From Chiloscyllium plagiosum (taxonomy: Eukaryota): a stretch of DNA of 64,000 bases. Both the position numbers and the translations under genes were made by a program. Under the pieces are notes generated by a model, which worked only from the letters and a program-made list of their open reading frames with translations, did not search any database and had not been told where the DNA came from. Of the stretch, positions 1-12,600 are shown in pieces; positions within the stretch are counted from its first letter, which is position 1; every line of letters starts with the position of its first letter. Location of the stretch: the NCBI RefSeq assembly GCF_004010195.1, contig NC_057719.1:65157866-65221865 (forward strand). Direction: 5' to 3'.

Positions 1-80
1 TCAATATTTTAGAAAAAGCTTTGCAGCCATCTGCACTTGCTGGGCGACAGCGCTGGCCACAAGTCACATGGTGCAGGTGG

Positions 81-165
81 AATCTGAGGAAGGGTGACTG
101 GACCTATGATTTCTCTCCACAGATGCTGCCAGACCTGCTGAACTTTTCCATGAATTTTTGTTCCA
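81..165 (+). mobile_element. Penelope-like terminal repeat relic (family B) with degraded hammerhead
   Basis: CTGAGGA-A-GGGTGACTGGACCT followed by ctctccacagatgctgccagacctgctga, as in the copies at 10745, 49497 and 56836; the GAAA is lost. Confidence 0.6.
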
Positions 166-273
166 CAATGGCAGCAATTTTTTTTAAATTTTAAGAATTC
201 AGAAATTTGGAGAGTGTGCCTCAAACGCTGATTGTACCCAGAGAGACAGAAGGCCTCCTTCGTGACTAACACG

Positions 274-533
274 AAGTTTTAAGCTGGTTGGAGGAAAGTA
301 TAGAGGGGATGTCAGAGGCTGGTTCTTTACACAGAGAGTTGTGAGCGCATGGAATGCGTTGCCAGCAGCAGTTGTGGAAGCAAGGTCATTGGGGACATTT
401 AAGAGACTACTGGACATGCATATGGTCACAGAAATTTGAGGGTGCATAGATGAGGATCAGTGGTCGGCACAACATCGTGGGCTGAAGGGCCTGTTCTGTG
501 CTGTACTGTTCTATGTTCTATGTTCTATGTTCT
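274..533 (+). mobile_element. CR1-clade LINE 3' fragment
   Basis: Encodes FFTQRVVSAWNALP-type RT C-terminus; gggctgaagggcctgtt 3' hairpin; (TTCTATG)n tail. Confidence 0.85.
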
Positions 534-1199
534 TTCGGCTGCCAAACTTCAAAACATCATCTGCTCATCCTGAAATCTACCGTCTAGCCGCTTTTCAGCT
601 ACTTTCTGGAAAATCTTTGCCTGGTAACTGTTCCCACACACTGTAGAGAGGTGGCCCCCATTGTGGTTGTGATGCAAAATCTTGACTTAAGTCTCTTTTT
701 GTAGCTTTTGGTACATATTGTGTATGTACCAAAGTGCTAACAAAATTTAAACTCTTGACATTCTTATATGAACAATTTCTCAAATGCTGCCATCAGGTAT
801 GAACTTATTTTGCTAAAACAAAGATTACTTTGAACTCTTCAGCAAAGTGGAGAATGATAGTTTTCACTTTGTTATTTTAATGATGATTAATAGAACAATT
901 GTTTACTGTGGATTGTGACACCATAGAACTTTGATGACAAATGGAAGCAACAATGCAAAAAAAAAGCTAATCAGGGAGCTTTACCAGAGACAGGATGAGG
1001 AGATGGAAAAATTCAGAAGGAATAGTGGGGAAATCCTGGGAAGCCTGAGTGAAAAGGCCAAAAGATCTTTCTTAGAAGATGGCAGCATATTGGAGACGGT
1101 AGTCTGGAGGCCAAGGCTAATGGTGTGTGCGGACATAGGTTCAAATTTCAATGCAGTGGAATTTCGATTCAATTTTTAATTCTGGAACTAAATGCTCAT

Positions 1200-1445
1200 C
1201 TTATTAATGGTGATTGTGAAGCTACCATTGATTGTTGTAAAAACCCATTTGGTCACAACTGCCCCTTTAGTGAAGGAAACCTGCTAATCTTATCTGGTCT
1301 AACCTACATGTGATTCCAGGATAACAGCAATGTGGTTTACTCATCACTGCTGTATGAAATGGGTTAACAAGCCACCCAGTTCAAGGGCAATTAGGGATGG
1401 TCTAGTAATGCTGGCTGAGTCAGTGACCCATGAAATCTTTTTAAA
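1200..1445 (+). mobile_element. Old SINE-like interspersed repeat, 3' part
   Basis: Similar to copies at 5190-5385(-), 16065-16215, 57510-57850 and 58085-58450 (gaaggaaatctgcc...cagcaatgtggtt...aattagggatgg). Confidence 0.6.
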
Positions 1446-1909
1446 AAGTATAAGGAAAGGGAGCAGGAAATACTCAAGATTTTGATTTTCAAGGTAAACA
1501 TTCTCTACAATTTTTAATCTTGCTTCCAAGTATTCAGGAATTCCTCATACCTTTAATAATATAAATCAAAAACCTTGCGTCTATTTTCAGAGTAAAAGGG
1601 TAGGAACAGATTCCTTACTAATTACTCATGGTTTAAAAACTTCAAAATAAGAGGTTACTTCTGTTGCAGCCTTTTATTTTTGGCTACAGATATTTTTCAA
1701 TTAAGTATTCTAAATATTAAGATTAGGCACAGAAGCCAGATCAAATATATTTATGGAATCTCTGAGGCAGAGGAAAAAGGATTCATTGTAAGTGGAAGGT
1801 CAGTTGCCAAGTTCTCTTTGTTCCTTGGAGGACACCTGTTTTAACCCGCATCGGAGCCAAGAGAAGGAGAAGTACTGTTTGCTGTAAGTCTGTTTAACAA
1901 TTTCACAGG

Positions 1910-1928
1910 TCTCTCTCTCTCTCTCTCT
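1910..1928. repeat. (CT)n microsatellite
   Basis: tctctctctctctctctct. Confidence 0.9.
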
Positions 1929-2599
1929 AAGAGAACAAACATACAGAGACAGAGATGGTTAATCCTCCATCATTTACACAGGTGTAATGATCTAACTTTG
2001 CTATTGAAGTCACAAAATAAGCATGAATACCTCTCCCAGAGAAGTCACATTGGTTTATGTTTGGAGGGTGCAGGTGTGCACCTTGTCAAACGTTTCACTT
2101 TCAGGTGTTAAAAAAAAACCTTTTTTATCTCAGCAAACCGCAAAAGTATTTGGTCTGAGATGATACACGTGTCTTTGCAATCGATAGAAAACAGAAATAG
2201 CCCCACATGATGCACAAAGCTGCCAGTGGTGGTCTAAACTAACATTCTGTACTGAAAATAGCAAGATTCTCTCTTCACTCTGTCCAGACTGGTTATAAAG
2301 TGGAAAGAGAAGTTTATTTCCTGTCCTTTGATACCATGGTTGAAAATCATGCTAATGGAAACTTTGCAGGTTTTGGGGTGATTTGTTTTGACTTCAGACA
2401 ATTTCTGTGGGAGAGGTGTAATTGAAGGAGATTATTGTTGGAGAAAAGATCAAGGATTGGTGCAGCGAACAGTATTTGAGATGAGTGGCAGAACTGGTGG
2501 AAGGTGCGTATTGAAGATTAATTTGGTGACCTTGACCATTTGTGTGGTGTAATTGGACATCGTGCAGCACTGCGACAATGTCCTCGCATGCACTTTATT

Positions 2600-2885
2600 G
2601 TCTATCTGCTCCTATTGACTTTGAGCATTTGCTTGGAGACCCATTTGAATCCATGTACATGGGGGTCTTCCTGTTCCTGCATCAATACGTCTGTATGTTA
2701 GGTGTTGGATGAAAAAATCCTGGTTTTGTCATCTTCTGTTGTTTTGGCTATGACCAAACATCCATGTTTGACAACATTTAGGTAAAACTGCACCAGACAT
2801 GACCCATTGATATGATAGTCCCAGTCATGAAAATCTTAATAATGAAAATGATCTGGAGGCAGATTTTTCCCGGTTTGAAGCATCT
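2600..2885 (-). mobile_element. Very old non-LTR (RTE/L2-like) RT C-terminal relic
   Basis: Frameshifted minus-strand pieces resembling CLQII, WMFGH and GRPPCTW. Confidence 0.3.
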
Positions 2886-2886
2886 A

Positions 2887-3245
2887 ATTGAGGTATATAA
2901 AGTGTGAAAGGGAATTGACAAAGTAGACATAGGGTGAATGTTTCCTCTGGGGAAATCTAGAATGAGAGGTCACAGTTTTAGGATAAGGGGTAGCAGATTT
3001 AAAAGAAATTAGAAGAAACTACTTCTCCCACAGAATCATGAATCTGTGGACTTCAATAGTCGATGATGCAATGGATGCTGGGACATTGAATAGATTTAAG
3101 TAGGAGAGTGACAGATTTTTAATTAGTAATGGGTTAAAAGGGTTGTGGACAGCGGCCATGACACAGGAGGTCAGCCGTGGTCGTATTAAATGACTGAGCA
3201 GGCTTGAGGGGCTGAATTGCCTATTTCGGTTCCTATGCCTTACGT
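2887..3245 (+). mobile_element. CR1-clade LINE 3' fragment
   Basis: LIEVYK...YFSHRIMNLW-type translation and CR1-like 3' UTR. Confidence 0.75.
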
Positions 3246-3879
3246 TTTTTATGGAAAGCGACTTGTGCAGAATCTGTTGCAAACAGAACACACCTTGCAG
3301 GCTTGTTTTAAATACTGCAGACAAGGTTGAGCCTATGTTAGCCTTTTATGACTCTATATTCCCCCATTCAGTCGTGCATCCCTTCCACAGCACATTTAGA
3401 GTGGTCTGACTCCTGTCATCAACATAACGAACAGGCAAAATGAGGTTTTGAACCTGCCTGTATACGGAAGGACTGGAGGCCAGTTAATAACACATTACGA
3501 TCACCATTCCCATTTTTCCTTTGCAGTCACGCAATCAAACTCCCTGGTCTTTTCAGTCTTTTCATTATTTTCTTGTATGATCTCTGATGTTATCTTGGTA
3601 ACCTATTTGTTCAACATTTCTGTAATGTCAGTACATTTTCTGTGGTGGGCTGTACAAACTTGCACGTAATACTCATTCAGTTGATGCACTACCTTTTACC
3701 TGCATCTCACCAGCTTGTTTTTGTACTCCATGTCTTTATAAATAAACTCAGAATTGAATTTTCTTTTTGAACTCTGTTAGTAAGTCTGTATCTGCATTTA
3801 GATCTTTTTATCCTTCAGTTCCATTGAAAGTCTAGGTTTTTCAACATTTGGTCTTCCCTCCTGTTCTTCAAGCCTCACA

Positions 3880-4425
3880 AAAGCACAGAAACTAGCAGTG
3901 GGACTAGCTATTTAGCCCTTCTAGCCTGCTCCACCATTCAACATGATCATCCATCTCAATGTCCCCTCTTTCACCCCATACCCTTTGATCCCTTTTAGCT
4001 CTAAGTAGTACACCTGACACTTCCTTGAAAACATTCAATGCTTTGGCCTGAACTGATTTCTGTGGCACAGAATTCCACAGGCTCACCCCACTCTCTGGTG
4101 AAGGCATTTATCATCTTACTCTAAGGAGGCCTCCTCAGATTGTGACTCCCGTTTCTCGACTCCCCTGTCATCAGGAACATCCTTCCTGCATTTACCCTAA
4201 CTAGTCCCTTTAGAATTTTATAGGTTTCTATGAGATTCCTTCCTCAGTCTTCCAAATCTAAGTGAATATAGTCCAAACCAATGCAGTTTCTCTTTATACA
4301 TCTGTCCTGCCATTGCAGGAGTCAGTCTAGCTGCACTCCCCACAAAACTAAAACATCCTCCTTTGGAAAATGAAACCAAAATTGCACACAAAGCTCCAGG
4401 TGTGGTCTCACCAAGTCCCTGTACA
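3880..4425 (-). mobile_element. CR1-clade LINE 3' fragment
   Basis: Minus-strand LYRDLVRPHLELCVQFW and SLWNSVPQK motifs. Confidence 0.8.
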
Positions 4426-4480
4426 GTTGTATTGACATTTCACTGAAAGTACATGTTGCAGTTTCCAAAGAAAGTTGAAC

Positions 4481-4685
4481 TGAAAATGTGTTGCTGGAAA
4501 AGCGCAGCAGGTCAGGCAGCATCCAGGGAACAGGATAATCGACGTTTCGGGCATAAGCCCTTCTTCAGGAATGAGGAAAGTTTATCCAGCAGGCTAAGAT
4601 AAAAGGTAGGGAGGAGGGACTTGGGGGAGGGGCGTCAGAAATGTGATAGGTGGAAAGAGGTCAAGGTGAGGGTGATAGGTCAGAC
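4481..4685 (-). mobile_element. Penelope-like terminal repeat (family A), inverted left arm, runs into the gap
   Basis: Reverse complement of about 5802-6005; preceded by caaagaaagttgaac (4466-4480), which recurs at 6048-6062. Confidence 0.8.
4537..4572 (-). ncRNA. Minimal type I hammerhead ribozyme motif, intact core (family A)
   Basis: Minus strand reads AUUC-CUGAAGA-A-GGGC(UUAU)GCCC-GAAA-CG-UC/GAUU; predicted scissile bond between 4541 and 4540. Confidence 0.75.
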
Positions 4686-4913
4686 NNNNNNNNNNNNNNN
4701 NNNNNNNNNNNNNNNNNNNNNNNNNNNNNNNNNNNNNNNNNNNNNNNNNNNNNNNNNNNNNNNNNNNNNNNNNNNNNNNNNNNNNNNNNNNNNNNNNNNN
4801 NNNNNNNNNNNNNNNNNNNNNNNNNNNNNNNNNNNNNNNNNNNNNNNNNNNNNNNNNNNNNNNNNNNNNNNNNNNNNNNNNNNNNNNNNNNNNNNNNNNN
4901 NNNNNNNNNNNNN
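4686..4913. other. Assembly gap (N run)
   Basis: 228 consecutive N. Confidence 1.
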
Positions 4914-5190
4914 GGGGTAGACCATTTAGGTCAGAGATGAGGAGAAACGTCTTCACTCAGAGAGTGGTGGCTGTGTGGAATGCTCTGCCCGAGTGGGCAG
5001 TGGAGGCCCAGTCTCTGGATTCATTTAAGAAAGAGTTGGATAGAGCTCTCAAGGATAGTGGAATCAAGGGTTATGGAGATAAGGCAGGAACAGGATACTG
5101 ATTAAGGATGATCAGCCACGATCATATTGAATGGCGGTGCAGGCTCGAAGGGCAAAATAGCCTACTCCTGCACCTATTGTCTATTGTCTA
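4914..5190 (+). mobile_element. CR1-clade LINE 3' end
   Basis: FTQRVVAVWNALP translation; (CTATTGT)n tail. Confidence 0.85.
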
Positions 5191-5385
5191 AAGGAGAACC
5201 AAATGAGTTTCTCCGAAAATCAACAACAGTTTCGTGGTCATCATTAGACTCTTAACCCTAGATTTTGTTTTTAATTAAATACAAATTTGACCATCTGCCA
5301 TAGCAGAATTCAAACCTGGGTTTCCAGAACATTACCAGGGTCTCAGGGTTAACACTGCAGCGATAATACCACAAGGCCCCTGCCT
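5190..5385 (-). mobile_element. Old SINE-like repeat, 5' part
   Basis: Reverse complement resembles 58085-58230. Confidence 0.5.
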
Positions 5386-5740
5386 CCTCTACATCTCCTG
5401 ACAGTGCAGCGAGAAATGTCAACATGTGTGAGGTGCTCAGGTACTAAAGTGGGTCTTGAACTCTTAACCGCTGTCTCAGGGAAAGTGTGCTACCACTGAG
5501 ATAAAGGACAATTTCCTCCATGTTTAGGTCTTCCGCGGCGTTGGAAAGTTTGACTTTGAAAGATAAAAACCCATGACAATTCTGCAAATCCCTGCCTTTG
5601 ATCAGTGTCATTAAATAATACAGCAGATGCCCACAGAACGTGATTTGAGACTGCGGTGTTATTCACTCCATTGTCACTGCTGTTTTCCAACAGCTCAAAG
5701 TCATTTAATAACTGAGTCATTTGTCTCAGTCAAATCCATC

Positions 5741-6047
5741 GAATTCAGCACCGCCTTCCTAACCTGAGATCTTCTTCCCGACCTCTCCGCCCCCACCCCA
5801 GTCTGACCTATCACCCTCACCTTGACCTCTTTCCACCTATCACATTTCCGATGCCCCTCCCCCAAGTCCCTCCTCCCTATCTTTTATCTTAGCCTGCTGG
5901 ACAAACTTTCCTCATTCCTGAAGAAGGGCTTATGCCCGAAACATCGATTCTCCTGTTCCCTGGATGCTGCCTGACCTGCTGCGCTTTTCCAGCAACACAT
6001 TTTCAGCAACACATGATCTCCAGCATCTGCAGTCCTCACTTTCTCCT
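5741..6047 (+). mobile_element. Penelope-like terminal repeat (family A), right arm, with hammerhead motif at 5914-5949
   Basis: attcCTGAAGAagggcttatgcccGAAAcatcgatt; ends gatctccagcatctgcagtcctcactttctcct. Confidence 0.8.
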
Positions 6048-6446
6048 CAAAGAAAGTTGAACATCTGACAACGTGGTTGAGAGCTTGAGGGAATGGATTG
6101 TTATTCACATTGCATGAGTTGATTAGAAAAGGACATCTTCACCAATATTGCATCTATTGCTTCTTTGAATGGCAGCATGAATTGCATAGCCCTTCTGAAA
6201 GCATTAATATGACACAAGCCCCAAATTATGAGAGCAAATCCATTGTGATAATTTGAAAATTAGTTTGTGTTGATTTAACTGAGATGTTCATGATGATTAT
6301 GTGTAGTGATCAGATAGAATTATTATATTTCTGGTCGGTGTCTCGATCGTGTGGGCCCCAGCTGGATCAGCAGGTTGTCATGTGAAGAATAGAGAAATGT
6401 TGAAGCTTCTTCCACAGAGAGCTGTTGAGACTTTAGATCAAAAATA

Positions 6447-6627
6447 TAGTATGGAAACAGGCAATTCAGCCCTACAGGTCCACACTGACCCTCTGAAGAA
6501 TAACACACCCAGATCCATTCACCTACTATAATAGTCTACGTTTACCCCTAACTAATGTACCTAAGTTACACATTCCTGAACACCTATGGGAAATTTTAGC
6601 ATGGCCAATTCACCTAACCAGCACATA
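6447..6627 (-). mobile_element. HE1-type V-SINE, 3' part
   Basis: Reverse complement of ggttaggtgaattggccatgctaaa...gggcctgtttcc-type sequence. Confidence 0.75.
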
Positions 6628-7990
6628 AAGTCAGAGAGATGTACAGCATGGAAACAGACCCTTCGGTCCAACCCATCCATGCCAACCAGATATCCCAACC
6701 CAATCTAGTCCCACCTGCCAGCACTTGGCCCATATCCCTCCAAACCCTTCCTATTCATATATCCATCCAGATGCCTTTTAAATGTTGCAATTGTACCAGC
6801 CTCCACCACTTCCTCTGGCAGCTCATTCCATACACGTACCACCCTCCGTGTGAAAAAGTTACCCCATAGGTCTCTTTTATATCTTTCCCCTCTCACCCTA
6901 AACCTATGCCCTCTAGTTCTGGACTCCCCCACCCCAAGGTAAAGACTTTGCCTATTTACCCTATCCATGCCCCTCATAATTTTGTAAACCTCTATAAGTT
7001 CACCCCTCAGCCTCCGATGCTCCAGGGAAAACAGTCCCAACCTGTTCAGCCTCTCCCTTTTGCTCAAATCCTCCAACCCTGGCAACATCCTTGTAAATTT
7101 TTTCTGAACCCTTCCAAGTTTCACAATATCTTCCCGATAGGAAGGAGACCAGAATTGCACTCAATATTCCAACAGTGCAAGGAGCTATGAGCCTGCACTC
7201 CAAGGTCTCTTTATTCAGCAACACTCCCTAGTGTATAAGTCCTGCTGAGATTTGCTTTCCAAAATGCAGCACCTCGCATTTATCTGAATTAAACTCCATC
7301 TGCCACTTCTCAGCCCATTGGCCCATCTGGCCAAGATCCTGTTGTAATCTGAGGTAACCCTCTTCGCTGTCCACTCCACCTCCAATTTTGGTGTCATCTG
7401 CAAACTTACTAACTGTACCTCTTATGCTCGCATCCAAATAATTTATGTTAATGACAAAAAGTAGAGGACCCAGCACCGATCCTTGTGGCACTCCACTGGT
7501 CACAGGCCTCCTGACTGAATAACAACCCACCACCACCACCCCCTGTCTTCTACCTTTGAGCTAGTTCCGTATCCAAATGGCTAGTTCTCCCTGTATTCCA
7601 TGAGATCTAACCTTACTAATCAGTCTCCCATGGGGAACCTTGTCGAACGCCTTACTGAAGTCCATATAGATCACATATACTGCTCTGCCCTCATTAATCC
7701 TCTTTGTTACTTCTTCAAAAACTCAACCAAGTTTGCGAGAAATGATTTCCCACACACAAAGCAATGTTGACTATCCCTAATCAGTCCTTGCCTTTTCTAA
7801 TACATGTACATTCTGTCCCTCAGGATTCCCTCCAACAACCTGCCCACCACCAAGGTCAGACTCACTGGTCTATAGTTCCCTGGCTTGACCTTACCACCCT
7901 TCTTAAACAGTGGCACCATGTTAGCCAACCTTCAGTCTTCCGGCACCTCACCTGTGACTATCGATGATACAAATATCTCAGCAAGAGGTC
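6628..7990 (-). mobile_element. CR1-clade (HER1-like) LINE ORF2 RT fragment with 3' UTR
   Basis: ORFs 7228-7539 (VTSGVPQGSVLGPLLF...KFADDTK) and 6705-7160 (QFWSP...NFFTRRVVRVWNELP); frameshifted and internally deleted. Confidence 0.92.
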
Positions 7991-10627
7991 TATCATCCAC
8001 TTTTTTCTTTTCTTGTCAATTGGTGTATAATCCTCTGGCACAATTCCTGTTTCCAAAGAATCCTAGAAAGTTATGATTGGTGTGTTTTTTTCCTTTTTTT
8101 AATCATTGAACTTTCTTTGTATTGTGGTGTATAGCTATCGGAGCTTATACATTTTTATCTTCTATTGCAGTATTGCTGAAAAATGCAATATATTGCTGAA
8201 ACATTTCATCTTGTAGTCATCCTGATAGATGCAAGAATGCTAAATTTCATATTTTTAACATTGTCATTCTATTTTCAAGTCCTTATGTGACATTGCTCTT
8301 CTCTCTAATCACCTCCAGTCTCATTATATGTTTAGATCTCTGAGATTATCTAGTTTTGGTCTCTTGAACATCCCTGATTCTAATTGGTCAGGCTTTGGTG
8401 GCTATGCCTTCAGTTGCCTAGGTGTTGAGCTCAAGAATTTTTTTCCTAAACTAATTCTGGACAAATTTATGTATCTATTAAGCATTATCATTTTTAATAT
8501 TTAAATTTGATTATATTACCCCTATGGTTAATCTTAGTATGCCAAGATGTATTTAGCATCTTGCTTTAATTTCTTATCCTTATTACAATTGTTTTCTCCT
8601 GCTTTTATGTTGATCATCGATCCTGTTTCAGATTATTCTCTCCTGACCAATCTCCCTTGTGTAATGTTAGTTTACATCTCGCCTTTTTCCTCCTGAGGTC
8701 TATCCCTTTCAGGTTGGTGAGCTCCTTTGATTTGTGGCAAGCCTCTTAGTCAGCTACAACTCTCTTTGTTTCATATTCATTGTTTCCTAGTGCCGGTTGG
8801 TTATGTTAATTATCTTTGTTTCATTCCAGGCTTTTCTTTTCCAAGTTTTTGGAACGTTAAAGGCTCTATATAAACTCATTATTGTTATTAATGTAACCCA
8901 CCTTTCTTTCTTCTGCGTTTTGCGCTTTTCCATTGTTTTTGGAGTTAATTTCTGAGTAAAGTTTCAGTGGGGCTATTTCATTGAGACCACAAGCTTTCTT
9001 GTCGAAAATCTGAAAAATAGCAGTGACACTTAACAATTGCTTTGGCTGATTTTTATTTATAGATTAGAATGAAGAAATAGCAGCAAGAGCACTTATGAAA
9101 ATGTCACACAACTGACAGCTAAATCATTTGAAAATGAAGAATTTGTGAAGAGGCTAAATTTGTGGTTATGGTACTGGATGAGCAACCCTTGGAATAAGTA
9201 CACAGACCACAGGAGTTCCAATCGCTTGAGAATTACTTTCACTTTAAACAATATGTAAATTAAAAGAAAAGAAAGTGCCTGCACGAAATATATATGTTCT
9301 TTTAACACCAACTATTTATCTAATTATTCTAGAGAGGAAATCTATTATTTTTACTTAGTCTAGTCAAAATGTGACTCCAACCCTACAGTCTGGTATCAAT
9401 GTGATTGGCTCTTCACCATCCGAGGAAAGGCTGGCAGTACCAACTTGACTAGAAATAGCCATGTTCTCAGCATTTTCTTTAATTGCAATTGATAGTCTTA
9501 GATAGAAGAGGATAACATCTGCTAGAGGTTGATGGTAAAGTTGACATGATGGACTGAGTGGATGTGGCCTTGATCCCCTGCTGCAGGCAGTATTGTACTT
9601 TCAAGACGGTCCAAAGCTGGTGGAGCAAAGAATCCGTGGAATGAGCCGTAGGAGATAGACGAGCTAAACACTGAGGAACACAAGCCAAGATAGGATGCAC
9701 TGGAAGAAATGACCCTGGGGCACAATTCTCATTTGGAAAAGCAACGTACTACAGGGACAGATGAATTAGAGCGAGCAAGTTGCAAATTCATGAAGAGGTG
9801 TAATACCTTCACCTTGCAGAAAAAAAGAATAATGAATGCAAATCTTACTTTTGTGAAGGCCAGAGGGGAAGAGCTGAATAATGTAAATAAGTGTGCAGTA
9901 CTTCAGTGGAAAGAAAAATCATTGAAATTCTGTGCTGGTATATTGGCTTGGAGACTGAGGAAAGCTGATGAGATGAGTAACTGGCTGACCTTCAAATCTG
10001 TGGGAAATAGTGCTGGATACTTTCTAGAATGTGAAATCTGAGGTATGTGCAAAAATATGCTATGAAGGTGAAATGAAGCGCAGGCAATATGAGACACAAG
10101 ACAAAACAAAGAAAAGGTCTCCTTTCTTTTACAAGGGAATTTTTTTTTTTGCTTTGAGCCAAAGGAATGTCTGTTGGACCTTTGTGAGTTCCTTTGTGGT
10201 TGCAACCTACTTTTGACTTATAGAACTTTACAGGATAAAAGGAGGCATATCTTATCCATGCCAGCTCTCTGAAAGAGCATTCCAATTATTCAACAATGCT
10301 GCTTTTTCACCATAGTCCTGCAATTCTTCCTTTGCATATTATTACCAGTTCTGTTGCCACCATTCTGTTGCGTAGTGTATTTCAGATCGTAACACTGCAC
10401 AAAAACAAGAATCATTCACCACCTCATTTTTTTGCCTGTTACCACCTTGACTCCTTTTTGAATAAACATTGAAAGAATATATTTGAATTGTACAGATTGT
10501 TTAGCTGAGCACAGAAGGTGGGTTCTTCCTTTGGAAATTTCCTCTCTTGTTGGAATATATCTATCCTGTGAACTCTGACATATCCCCTCAAATGTCAGCT
10601 GCTGCATTTCCACTGACCAATCCCAGA

Positions 10628-10878
10628 ATTAAAGCAGAAATTGCTGGAGAGACTCAGCAGGTCTGGAAGCATCTGTTGAGAAAAAGCAAAGTTAATGTTT
10701 TCAATCCAGTGACCCTTCTTCCAAACAAAAGTTCTGTCCAGAACAGATCTGAAGAAGGATCACTGGACTTGAAATGTTAACTTAGCTTTCTTTCTGCAGA
10801 TGCTGCCAGACCTGCTGAGTTTCTCGAGCAATTACTGTTTTTACTTCAGGTCTCCAGCATCTGTAATTCCTCGCTTTA
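10628..10878. mobile_element. Penelope-like fold-back element (family B) with inverted hammerhead-bearing arms
   Basis: 10628-10725 is the reverse complement of 10745-10842; + arm reads agatCTGAAGAaggatcactggacttGAAAtgttaact. Confidence 0.7.
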
Positions 10879-11514
10879 TTCCCTTAACTTTATTTGCCAC
10901 TTCATTTCGATCAGCTCTGCTCTCATGTCCTATTAATTACCCTTATTTAACTTCAAATGATCAGTCTTGAACCCATTCATCTTGTGCAAACTGAAAGTAA
11001 AATTTGATTATATTGTGATTATTTTTACCTAAGGGTGCCTTTACATTTAAGATCATTAATTAATCCTATGCAATTACACAATACCAGGGCAAGTGTAACC
11101 CTTGTCACAAGTCCAGTTGAGGTTCCCCAAACGATTAAACTGCCAAGTGGGGAGGGATGAACTGGTTGCATTTTGTTTCACTTACTCATAAACCCCTCAA
11201 CTCCCCACACCTCTTCCCCTACCCACATCTAGTTTGTTGTAGCAAGGTATCCTTATGGATACCGTTCTCTCAGTTCAAACATATGTTTGAAAAGGAGCCA
11301 AGGGATTCAGTATTACTTGAATTAACAAAGAGTGAGTTTATAAACTGCTTCACATAGAAATAAATACTAATGCAACACACATACACACAGATTAACAGTA
11401 AGAGGTGAGTCATAAGTATAAAAGGTTTCCTGAAAAAACAGACATACGGATCAGCTCTTGAGTTTGCAAATAGTTTTAACATTGAAGTTGTTACAGTGGA
11501 GACTACCAGGAGCA

Positions 11515-12600
11515 TTGATGTGGAGGTGCCGGTGTTGGACTGGGATGGACAAGGTCAGAAGTCACATGACACCAGGTTATAGTCCAACAGGTTTATTTGA
11601 AATCACATGCTTTTTGTGTGCTGCCCCTTCATCAGGTGAAGTGAGGAGAGGTGCATAGGCACAGAGCTTATAATCAGTGAGATCAAAAGATCATGCACAT
11701 GGTGTGAGTGGAGTGTCGATGGGCTGAATAATAAGTCTCTGCAAGTGATCAAAAATGTCAGACGGTGCGAGTAAAACGTCAACAGTTGAAAAGCAAGTGA
11801 AGGGATGACCTATAATCCAATTAATTAAGGCAGAAAGATAATTTCAAAATGTTAAAACTAAGGTAGTGATGGAGACAAACCAAATGACATTACTAATATG
11901 ATAGGTAGAAGAGTGGCATGCCAAGGGTCTAACCAAAGTAACAAGTAATCCAAAACTGTACAAACTAATTAAGGTAGAGAGATCATAACAGGTTATCAAG
12001 AAGATGGTTTCAAAACGGGACAAAAAGGAAGACTTTACAAATATAGAACAGTATAGAGGGGTTACATGTAGCGTGACATGAACCCAAGGTCATGGTTGAG
12101 GCCGTCTTCATGGGTATGGAACTTGGCTATCAGTTTCTGCTCGGTGCTTCTGCGTTGTTATGTATCTTGAAGGCTGCCTTGGAGGATGCTTACCCAAGGA
12201 TCAGAGGCTGGATGTTCTTGATTGCTGAAGTGTTCCCCAACTGGGAAGGAACATCCCTGCCTGGTGATTGTTGCACGGTGTCCATTCATCTGTTGTTGTA
12301 GTGTCTGCATGGTCTTGCCAATTTACCATTCCTCAGGGCATTCTTGCCCACAACATATGAATATACACCATTGGCCAAGTCACATGAGTACCTGCGGTGT
12401 ATGTGGTGGGTGGTGTTCCCATGTATGATGATAGTATGCATGTCAATGATCTGGCATGCCTTGCAGAGGTTGTCATGGTAGGGTTGTATGTTGTTGTGGA
12501 CCATACAACCCTACAATATTGTCCTGAAGGCTGGACAGTTTGCTGTGAATGATGCTCTGTTTAAGGTTTAGCAGTTATTTGAAAGTGAGAAGTGGAGGCT
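11515..12600 (-). mobile_element. Penelope-like element 3' fragment (GIY-YIG region plus family C terminal repeat)
   Basis: ORF 12286-12504 PYHDNLCKACQII...YSCDLANGVY (CxxC linker before GIY-YIG); degraded cacCTGATGAaggggcagc hammerhead at about 11603-11638. Confidence 0.8.

Noticed and set aside
1780..1890. First exon ending at gtaagt donors (1788, 1884)
   Set aside because: No clear acceptor, CpG island or promoter evidence; the donors alone are insufficient.
4594..4956. ORFs with long X runs
   Set aside because: Artefacts of the N gap.
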